NCBI RefSeq assembly: GCF_009834535.1
Contig: NC_045707.1
Span: forward strand, 52,082,001-52,146,000
DNA: 64,000 bases
Direction of reading: 5' to 3'
From: Camelus ferus
Taxonomy: Eukaryota
Positions within the stretch are counted from its first letter, which is position 1; every line of letters begins with the position of its first letter. Below, piece by piece: positions 53,900-64,000 of this stretch. Position numbers and translations under genes: made by a program. The notes under the pieces are model-generated. The model searched no databases. It was not told where the DNA came from and saw only the letters and a program-made list of their open reading frames with translations.

Positions 53900-54620
53900 A
53901 TCTCTGTATCTGTACTTCTCATGCTTGTGATGGTTAAATTAGGAAATACAAAAGATCCTTGTCCTCAAGGTGTCCACTGTTCTTAGGGGGTAGGGAGGAA
54001 GGAAGGAGAGAGAGAGATTGAGGTTGAGATATGATTTGTTAATACACATCATCATTCAGGCTTCATGAGGAAGAGCACAGAACACTGCTTGACTTAAGTA
54101 TGGGAGAGCCAGTGTCAGCTTAAGAGAGGAGTTCATGTTGAGCTGGTTTGTACAATAATTAGAAGTGTATTCAAGCAAACAAAACAAGCTAGGGAAAAGA
54201 CATTATAAATCAAGAGGACAGCCTGTAATCAGACAAGGACCGCACGAGTGAGCAGGGCACTCTGAAGAAGAGAAAGTAGTTCAGGTTGTCTGCGTAGCCA
54301 TGGGATACAAAAGGGTGGGTCGTGGGAGATGGAGATATAAAAGTGGGCAGATATGATTGTAAAAAGTGTGTCCTCCAATGACATCCTTAAAAGATTTTGA
54401 GCAATGGAGTGATACAATCAGGATTATTCATTAATAAGAAATATTGTAAGGGAGTAAAAGAGAATGTGGGGGATATATTGCTTCTGAAACCACAGGACTG
54501 CATGACTGATTCAGTACAAAAGGGGTAGAATGTGAGGGAGTGGAGGGAGATAAAGGTTATTCCCAGAATTTGTGGACGTATTTTCTAGATAGAAATTGAC
54601 GAAGTTGATTTAGGTATTTT
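53900..54620 (-). mobile_element. L2 LINE fragment
   Basis: 'cttgtcctcaagg', 'ttgagctgg', 'aaagattttgagcaatggagtgatacaatcagga'. Confidence 0.55.
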
Positions 54621-55543
54621 ATTTTGAACTATGCATATTATTTTAAAATGCTTCCTTGATTTTAATATCAAACATTGTCCAAGTGGTGGAACCTAATCTT
54701 TAAAGCAAAAATATTCTTTAAGTTCCGAAAGTCTCTCTATCTGGTTTGATGTGGGGACCATGGAACAAAGTATCCATTCTTGCCCTACACACATCTAGGT
54801 TCAAACAAGAAAAGGTAAGGTATGGTTGAAATGGCATCATAGAATACCACAAATTATCACTGTAAGTTTTTGAAAGGGGCCTGATTTTATTGATTAAAAA
54901 AAAATCTACAGATAAAATAAAACTTAAAGTGAGTTGTTTTAAATAGGATTTATAACCATGCATTTAATGGAAATTGTCTTCTTAAAAGGGCTTCTGAAGA
55001 TCTAGGTAGAAATATAAGTGCCTAATCTATATTTTATCTCTTTGACCTTAAACTGACAAAAGACCATATAAAATTCTAGCAGCAATGTGGAGATAATCTG
55101 AGTTTCTCATTCAGCTAAAATTAAAGTTTTTTTATAGTTAACTCCCCATTTTTCATGCTAATGTAGGATTAAAGATGATAAAACAAATGTTACATGTGTG
55201 TACACACACAATCTTGTGCATATACACACACACACACTCTATTCAGGAAGAATTGACCACATATTCCTAATCTATTCAAGGTTTTCTTCACAGATATAAG
55301 CAACACTACATCACCAGTTTCATTAGTTTGAATTCCAATTCTGACACCTATTTAAGTTTTTCTTTAATGCATGTTTTAGTACATTAACCTTTCTTGTGCA
55401 TAGACACTGCTGGAAAAAAGCTGTGTGTCATAAGAATAAAATATTTTTAAATCAAAATATGTTTTTCTTTTAAAATACATTGGAAAATACAGCTAACATA
55501 CCAAACTGATGAAGCAATTAATATTATTATTAAAATGAAGCTA

Positions 55544-55714
55544 GACTGAAGCATTATGCTGTACACCAGAAATTGACCCATCATTGTAAACTATATATAC
55601 TTCAAATATATATATGTATATATGTATACACACATATGTATATATATACATACACATAATAAAGCATAATAAATGTATATATATGTGTGTATATATACAT
55701 ACACATAATAAAGC
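55544..55714 (+). mobile_element. ~60-bp L1 3' tip whose tail has become a TA/CA microsatellite
   Basis: 'gactgaagcattatgctgtacaccagaaattgacccatcattgtaaact…atacttcaa' is the same family as 21770-21830. TSD-like aatgaagctaga (55534-55545) and aataaagctaga (55707-55718). Confidence 0.85.
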
Positions 55715-56029
55715 TAGAAAAGAATGATTCAAATGAAAGGAAATATTAAGTATATAACATTGGTGTAATATATGGCTATGGCTCAAATTATAGCAGTTAT
55801 TTATGGAATAAAGTTTATGTTACATTTAAACAATCTTATTAGATGAAAAAAAATGTGTTTTGAGATAGAGATCTTAAGATGTGTCCACTTGTCAGTAACT
55901 TATACTGAAGCAAAGGTCAGCATTCAGTTCAGTCACCACAGATAGTATGATCCAGTTGAGATACTGAAATAGTAGAGACTGTGGTTGGATTTAGGGTTTT
56001 TCCTTTGGTTTCAAAATCTACTTTTTAAA

Positions 56030-56850
56030 AAATACACAGAGAAAACACATGGCAAAACCTCTAAAGCACTGTACATCTAATGGGGACAGCCCTTATAAAT
56101 ACCATACTCATTTATAGTCCAGGCAGAGGACAAGAAAAGTGTCAGTATTCTATCATAACATGTACTCTAACCAGTGAACCAAGAAAAGCTTAGGAAAAGC
56201 AACAGCTGAGTGAGACCTTGAGGACAATTCAGAAAAAGGGGTAAAGCAAAGTATGTTGAAGATAGAAAGTTGTTGAAAAATATAAAAAAAAGGGGAAGAA
56301 ACAAAGAGAAGTTCCCTGAGATGTGAGATGCATTAGTGGAAGGGAGATTTCTGTGCTGAGATGGAAAGAAAGGATGGAAGCTAGGTATGAATTGACAGTT
56401 TTATGAATAGGTAGGGGGCCAAGAAGTTCTGGAAATTTCTGACTGGTAATCTGCATTTACTTGTTAATGTGGAGGCAGGTGTTCTTCGAGAAATTTATGT
56501 TTAGATGAGTGAAGTGGTAAAGGACGATACAACTGGAGGACAAATTTCAAATAAGTGTTTCTGAAAATGAGCTTGTTAAGTAGTAATGCTTTAGAGTTTG
56601 AGAGAGCTAGCTTCATACAACTCTGTTATCAAAGTCATTGGGTGAAAATATATAGTCATCTGTTCAAGTGAGCTACAGGCAAACTGATGTGATAAGGAAG
56701 AACTAGATTTTCAGGTAAAGTGAAGAGTTTTTTTTTAATTTATAGTATCTAAAATACAATTTTAAAGATATAGAGGATAATGGATCAAGGTTTTAAGGAA
56801 GTGTGACGCTAACTCAATGGGAATAATCACGAAGTAGTGAGAAGAGTGGG
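56030..56850 (-). mobile_element. L2 LINE fragment, decayed
   Basis: 'cagctgagtgagaccttgagga', 'aaagttccctgagatg/tgagatg', purine-rich antisense L2 texture. Confidence 0.45.
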
Positions 56851-57670
56851 TACAGACAACTTATGAATAGAATTGGATTTAGTTAAATGGTTATATTCTT
56901 TAGAAGTCTATGTCACAGTTCTTATTATAAAACTTCATTCATATAGGATAATTTAATTTTATTTTTCTTTTGCTTAGAATTTAGAGTGTGAGTGAGTTTA
57001 AATATTTAAAGTCAAAATGACTCATATACCTTTCTTGGTCATGTGGCCACCCCTTAAAGGAAATGGCCCAAGGTCAGCTAGAGAATATTGTATCACACTT
57101 TCATTAAGCCTGCAACAATTAGAATTAATGGAATTTTCTGAACGAAATAAAGGTTATGCCAAGGTTTTGCTGACTGGGCTGCAACTTTACTGCCATGGAT
57201 TAGATATAAAAATGATCTTAAGTAATTTTCTTGATAATTAAGTGCTGGTACACAAGCTTTCCAATTACTTTACAGAAATACTTACCTAGATAATATGATG
57301 ATATCTAAAAAACGAATGTTTATTATTTCAGTATTCTGTATCACTCAGAAAAAGATTATGGGTAACATCAAACTAGAATATGTACTGTACTTGTACATAT
57401 TTTTGATGCAACTCATTAGAATCTAGAAAACTGTGCATTTTACTTCACAATAGTTGCCTAGCAACCTTCAGGAAATCAATAGTTTATTATACAAAGACTC
57501 TAATTTATATCTCCCTTCATATTTTTTTTCTCATTTTTTGTACTTACCCCATTTTAGCTTGAAGTTCTCATTCATCATTTAAAGCTCTAACTAAAAGTAA
57601 TACTAAAGTTTGGGAGGCTGAGAAACTAACCAGTTTTTTTCAATAGGGAAAGAAAGCATCATCAAACCTA

Positions 57671-57853
57671 GCTCCCAGTGTTGCTGATTTAAGTGTCGAT
57701 GCTGAGCACTCGGGCAACATCCTTCTTAAAGCCCCAGTTATTTCGGGCTTCTCTGTATTGATGTATTTGCAGAGGCAGGAGTTATTCCTAAAGAAGTTAT
57801 GTGTCTTCTTACCCTTCACATTTTCATAAATAAAATTATCACTCAAAAAAAAA
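57671..57853 (+). pseudogene. Short processed retrocopy (mRNA 3' end or orphan transduction) with poly(A) and 18-bp TSD
   Basis: Perfect direct repeat aaagcatcatcaaaccta at 57653-57670 and 57851-57868. AATAAA at 57829-57834 and A-run at 57845-57853. The insert resembles no TE I recognise. Confidence 0.85.
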
Positions 57854-58254
57854 GCATCATCAAACCTAAAACTATAATAAATGTATTTTACATTAGCCTG
57901 TTCAGATTAACAGGAAAGTCACATCATACTTCTGACCATATGCCAACAGGTACAAATGGCAATTGAACTTTCCAGGAGACTTAATAATTAAATGCATTTG
58001 ACAGGAATCTAGTAAGATGCATTGATGAATAACTTTGTATGATCCTTTCTGTTGAAACATTGGCAGCCAGACAAATTTCATGTACAACAACACTAATATT
58101 GCCCTTTTTTATCTGGAAAAAGTTTTATAAACTGTACATGTTAAGTACACATAAAGTAGAAAATAAAAGTCACCAGTAATCTTACCATACTATACTTAAA
58201 ATTGTGCCATGTATTTTGGATACCATTATAGGATCATCACCATCAAAATAATCA

Positions 58255-58670
58255 TCATTATCAAAATAGGTCACTTTTTTAGAGTTTTACTATGTACCTG
58301 GCTCTGTTTTAAGAACCTTTTATATTGTAACTCATGAAATCCCTATGAGATAGCCAGTATTACTATAATACCAATTTCATAGGTAAGCTAATTAAGAAAA
58401 GAGAAGTTACATAATTTGAAAATGTTATTAACATATAAATAACATGGTAGAGCCAGCCTATAAGATGGCCAGTTAGCCTCCTTCAATCCTTTCCTAGAAG
58501 TTTTTTTTTTCTTGTAGTATATATATTTAAAGTAATAGATAATACTCATATTTTTATAACATACTAGACACAGTTCTAAGTTCTTAACATATATTGATTT
58601 ACTTAATCTTCACAAAATATGTATGAGTAGCTTCTACAATATTTTACAGGGAAGGAGACTATGGCAATCT
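58255..58670 (-). mobile_element. Two adjacent MIR fragments
   Basis: 'ttactatgtacctggctctgttttaagaac…aactcatgaaatccctatgagatag' and 'acagttctaagttcttaacatatattgatttacttaatcttcac…ttttacagggaaggagact'. Confidence 0.65.
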
Positions 58671-60724
58671 TAGAAAAGAAAAAAATGTAAAAATTCTTTT
58701 TAAAGTCAGTGATGGAAATTGTTGAGTATTAGACAACAATATGGAAAAAGAAAGCAAAGTGCATAAACAAGCTTCATACTGAAATCCAGTTACACAGATT
58801 TATACTGTTCCAGAATTCTGTACTTTAGATGTGATCAAAGTAGGAAGATATCCCTGATTCAAAGAGATCAATGTCATAAGCATTGGGCTCTTAGTCCCTC
58901 AATTTCATTGTCGAAAACATGGCACATAACTTAAAGAATGTATTTCTGACAATTTTATACTATGCTTTGAGAAAAAAGAGAGCCCTCAGAAAACTATTGT
59001 TATTAATGAAAGCAGTGTAAAGAATCCAGTATTGTTGAACTGACACTTTCATAAAAGAAACAGAAATTTGCTTCTGTAAGTATTCTTCCTACCTCTGTTT
59101 TTTGGTATTAGTTGTGTGCCTGAGTGGTTTTTCAAGTAAATTTCAGTGTTTTTCCTAGGTCAAAATACTATAATTCTTTTCTATCAAGCTGAGATTTAAA
59201 GATCATTTTTCATCTACTTTCCAGCATTTATGCTTTCAAATATTATCAAAATAAAGGTTTATTTTATTTGATTGCTTGCAGGAAAAGGCCACACTGTTTC
59301 TAAAATCCTAAATAAACATTTAGAGGTGTGTGGTAATTGAAAAGTCATAATCTGGCACCATAGTAACAGCCTGTTTATACAAGAGGATTTTGTGATTTTG
59401 AATATTGCTTGTCATCTAATCTGGCAAGAAGATGTACTATCAAATATGTGCTTTATTTTGAAGAGACACAGCCTGTGGTTATGTAAAAGTATTCAACCTA
59501 CACTGAACTGTAGACTAAGTTCTAGTTGAATATTTTATGATATAGCATCTACTTGTGGTTATCAATGTTACCATTTCATATAAACCACTTTGGAAAAAAA
59601 TTATAATTTATTATCCAATTTCCACTACATTTATTTTAGAAAAATGGATTCACATTTAATGAGTTTTTACAGTGCGGTCTTCATGTCAATAAGTTGAATT
59701 ACTCTCTGGGCAAGTGTATAAATCATCATTTATAAATCGATTCATATTTTAATATGCAGAGGGTGGCTGTTGAAAGGAATACAGTGACAAATCAATTTGT
59801 AAATTAAATGATCATTACCTAGTTTATCCCTTTGTATCTAGATAGATAAATGTTTGTTCATCTTTCTGAGTTCAAAGAACACTGTAGACCTAGAATTTTG
59901 GGAGGCTCAGTAGGAAGAATTAAAAGGCTGAAAATGAGATTAAGCAAGTTAACAGTGATTATAAAGCAATCACTATTAAATTTAAAAAAGGTTGCATGGT
60001 GAATATAAAAGTAGAAACAGATAATACAGCTGTGTGAATATAACACTTAGTTACTTGACCACATGCTACTTTTCACTAATAAGGCAGTATATTTCCAAGT
60101 TTCAAGAAATAAGCATTTGTCTTTAATGCTGTGCTAAGCGTTTTATTTCCTGTTCATAGCAAGCTGTGTCCTGTTTCAAAACACTAATTTGACAGGTCAA
60201 GTGATGCTCTATTTAATAAACAGTGTTCTTTCTCTATACTGTACTTGGTTTCAGAAATGCATTGTATACATTGGAGACAAAGCACTGAAGAATTTCCAGT
60301 TATACATATACCCAAGCCAACTGATTGACCACTAACCAAAATGTTTGTATAGAGGGTGCATTTTAATCAACAAACTCCTTTGACCATAGAATGGTTTTTA
60401 CTCTTCAATCACTATTTTCATAAACTTTCAGAAACATAAGACAATCCCTGTGGACATAAATCACATAATGTTATAGAAAAATAAAGAGTCATTCCGCCAA
60501 GAAAATGTATCAGCATAATAAGTTTTGTAAATTTTTATTAAAGTATAAATGAAAAGACAAAACACATTTCTAAGTACTTGTATAAGTCTCCAAACAAATA
60601 ATTATCAAAATTTGGTCACCTGACATAGAATATTGGATGTATCTCAATTATACATCCAGGAAAATGATTGTATCTTGAGTATGTGCAATTGAAGTTGTTT
60701 GGATTAAAAATCACAGTTCAGACC

Positions 60725-61186
60725 TTATTCTAAAAACTTTGCAGTAGAAAGTTTCTCCTTTTTTGAATCTAGGCTTGGCCATGTGACTTGTTTACAATCT
60801 TTCTGAGTTCAACCCACACTCTAATGTCAATGAAACACTAGCAAATATGGTACAAGCAGAGGTTGAAAGGTGGTTGTGTAATGGGGCTTGCTCTCTTGCT
60901 GAACTTGGAATTCTGATATCATCACATGAACGGCCTGAGCCAGCCTGATGAAGGTCCATGTAGAGAACTGTGGCACTGTGGTTCATGGCCCACTGCTGGG
61001 TCTGTGAGTGAGGCCATACCACGTTACCTACATCCAGTCAGTCCACCAGCTGATGACAGAAATCAACTAAGCAGCCTAGACCCAAAGGCCATCAGTGACA
61101 CACAGGATTGTATTAAACAACAAAGGCTAGTTGTTTTAAACCACTAGATTTGGGGTTATATGTTACACAACAAAAGATAACTCGTA
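60725..61186 (+). mobile_element. MLT1G/H-type MaLR solo LTR
   Basis: 'ttgaatctaggcttggccatgtgacttg…gggcttgctctcttg…gtgagtgaggccat…gttgttttaaaccactagatttggggttatatgttacacaacaaaagataact'. Confidence 0.8.
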
Positions 61187-61189
61187 TGT

Positions 61190-61400
61190 TACTGGAATCA
61201 AACAGATGTAAGTATAATTCTTGGATGTAAAACATACTGGCAATTTCACCTTAGACGAATGACTGACATTTTCTGACACTTGGTTTGCTATTTTATAATA
61301 TGAAGAGGCTAAAAATTATTTTAGAATTTTTGTATATAAATTAGTACAATAATGTAGATAAAGTGCTTAATACTATGCCTGGCAAATATTACATACATTT
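61190..61400 (+). mobile_element. MIR SINE, decayed
   Basis: Ends 'aatgtagataaagtgcttaatactatgcctggcaaata'. Confidence 0.6.
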
Positions 61401-62189
61401 TAATTCCATTACTTTATTTTTAAAATCCCACAAGTTGAATACCAAGTCTTTGAAAATAAAAGAGAAGAACAAAATAGTCTAAGAGAAAATTTTAAATTTT
61501 ATGATATTTTTTCTTTTATCTGTATTTGCTATCAGAGACTGTCTGCTTGGTGAGTTAATCAGGGTGCTTCAATAAAAGAGCAGAAATATGAAACTTGTTA
61601 GTGCATTTCCCCCCTAGAAAGGTATATAAAACTAAAACTGTACATTTATTGTACTGTTAATATAAATAGTGTAGAATTATGATACCATTAATATAGCAGA
61701 TGTATAAAACTAATGCCATGTAATTGTTCTTTATCATTATATCTCTTTTGAGCTATTCTGGATGTATGCGTATGGAAAATTTCCTCACCAGCTCTCTTAA
61801 TTATTTAAACAGAATCCACTTAGTTCAGTGATCTCACCAACTAACCCCAAATGAACAAAATAAAATTTCCTCAACTAGAAGTAGACTGACAGATTAAAAC
61901 ATAAACATCATTTTCTAATTAGACTTGGAAAAAACTTAATGTGTTTATTTCAAGGTTAGAATTATTGCAAGAAATCACAAAAAGGGCAACACTGTTTAAA
62001 TATATAAAATCATAAAATATCTGTAAGTTTAATTTTTTTTAATTTAAATGCAAGGCTCAGGCTGGGAAAAATAGTTTTAATAAATTAGCAAATGCTTTAG
62101 TTAACCAAATATTTTGTTACATACGCACCCCATGTCTGATAAAATAATAGTTCAGAAAAATTCAATGAAAAGTGAAAGAGACAGCCAGA

Positions 62190-62520
62190 CATTTATTCAC
62201 TTCATTTATTCATTCATTCTGCACATATTTATTGTGTCTGTAATACATCGGATACAAACCTAGTTTCCAGATACTCCATGGTAAAAAATAATAATAACAT
62301 AGCCACGGCTCTGAAGAAACTATGGGAGGAAAATATGCATATTAAATAATAAAACACACAGAAATGATTGTCACACACTTTTAAGTCTTATGAAAGAAAG
62401 AGATAGCTAACTGCCCAAGAGCAATAACAAAATGTGTAAGGGAAGGACCTCTTTCTAGGAACACAGGGAAGGAGTACTGAGCATAATTGAGAATAAAGAT
62501 AATATTCAAAAAAAGGTACT
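62190..62520 (-). mobile_element. L2 LINE 3' end
   Basis: 'ttcatttattcattcattctgcacatatttattg' (antisense L2 tail) followed by L2-like body. Confidence 0.6.
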
Positions 62521-63184
62521 ACTAAAAGTGAATTTTTAGCAGAAAAGGAGGCATCCAGTTGAATGTGCCTGCAGGAAAAATCAGGTTAAATTTGAAAAAC
62601 TAAAATGTGTTTAATATTTTTAGATTGTTTCATGGTACACAAAGAGCTTTAGTCATTATTTTAAGAAAATTTTCCTCAGTCTGTGTGTCTCTTGAATGTA
62701 AGAGATTTGATTTCCCTCTATTCTTACTACCACATTCTTAGACTGTGAGAAAGCCACAGTATTAATTCAATATTAATGGTTCTTATTCCAAAATCAACAC
62801 AAACATAAACTACTATCATGAGGAGCTGTTACTCCCAGAGTTATTGGCACTGCTATATGCCTATAATGCATGGCAATAGTGCTTTGTGTCGATAATTTAT
62901 TCTCTAAATGCCTAGAGTAAAAACGGTAATTTCAGGAGACATATGAGAACAGAATTTTGGCTATCTCAGAAGGTGGTATCCATGTAGTAGAAGAGTGGAT
63001 ACCTTTTTTGTTTCTGTTTTGATTGGTTGGAGTAACAGATTCTGTATTTCTGAATTATGAGTGGTTAGTGGAGCTGAGCCCAAACCTCTTCCTACTTATT
63101 TCCTGAATGTGAGACGTTGTTTTTGCTGATAAGCATGCATAGTTCTCATTGTGTTTGTTAGTCCAGTTTCTTCTACATTCTATT

Positions 63185-63372
63185 TGGTCCTCGGTCTTCA
63201 ACATGCATTCTGAATCACATGGAAAACTTATTAAAAGAAAAATTGCTGAGTCCCACCTACAACATTTCCCATTCTGTATGTCTAAGTTGGGGTCCAATAG
63301 TTTATGTTCATAACAGATTCCCTGGTGATACTGGTGCTGCTGCTCCAGAGACCACACTTTGAGAACCCTCTT
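63185..63372. mobile_element. MER5A (hAT-Charlie) non-autonomous DNA transposon
   Basis: 'gaatcacatggaaaacttattaaaa…attgctgagtcccacc…cctggtgatactggtgctgctgctccagagaccacactttgagaacc'. Confidence 0.85.
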
Positions 63373-64000
63373 CTATTTAGTGAAAATTCTTCTCGAACAC
63401 TTAGAAAGGTTTAAATGTCATGTTTGTATTAAAGAGTATTGGTTTTGTTTTTATTCATCTACATCATTGGGGGTATTTTGATAAAAATTCGGATCACCTA
63501 CAAGGTAAGGTGACCTCACACAAACTTAAATCAAAAGTGAGTATAGTAAATACCATTTGCCTGAAAGGCCCATATCGATTTGTCTCTATAGAGCTAAAGA
63601 TGTCATAAAGCTTCAGGTGGGAGTCAAAATCTGGTTGAGGAATGAATCAATGTTAGCATCTATTGTTGAAACATATTTTTAAATCATTACAGATACCTTT
63701 CAAAGGCTATCATTAAGTTACTATCATTTATAATATCTGTAGACAAATTGACAGATAAAACTTAAAATATAATTTTATTTCTAAAAATACATAAGTTTAT
63801 AGTTTCACTGGGTTTGTTATAACTCATAAAACTTAGACATTTTGAGTAGTTGATCAATATACTTCAATTTTTCATTTTCAGCTGCTTATTTTATAAGGTG
63901 TAGATACAGTAATGTTTACATATAGACTGCTTCAGGTTACATCAATAGCAATAAAGTCAATCCCTTTCTTTGGGAAATCATTTTGAACTTTTTAATCAGT

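Overview
AT-rich, CpG-depleted mammalian genomic DNA, either intergenic or inside a very large intron; there is no prokaryotic content. The youngest L1 3' ends (…tgactgaagcattatgctgtacaccagaaattgac…) look cetartiodactyl. I saw no Alu, B1, Bov-tA/BovB, PRE1, CAN or CHR SINE, so a camelid is my best guess (inference). No multi-codon host coding exon can be supported: the ORF track is chance ORFs plus L1 ORF2 debris. A large part of the window is interspersed repeat (old and young L1, L2, MIR, several MLT1 MaLR solo LTRs, two other solo LTRs, MER5A). Repeat subfamily names come from recalled consensus sequences and most repeat boundaries are approximate. Most notable: (1) a ~3.8 kb decayed Ty3/Gypsy pol with RT and integrase motifs in the correct order at ~6.6-10.3 kb; (2) a candidate 20-nt microexon at 48552-48571 with a UGC-containing acceptor; (3) a 180-bp polyadenylated non-TE retrocopy with a perfect 18-bp TSD at 57.7 kb; (4) two 5'-inverted L1s, one containing a nested L1 fragment with a 20-nt 3'-transduction tag; (5) an apparent locally templated insertion inside an MLT1 LTR. 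I found no evidence for a wholly new biological system.
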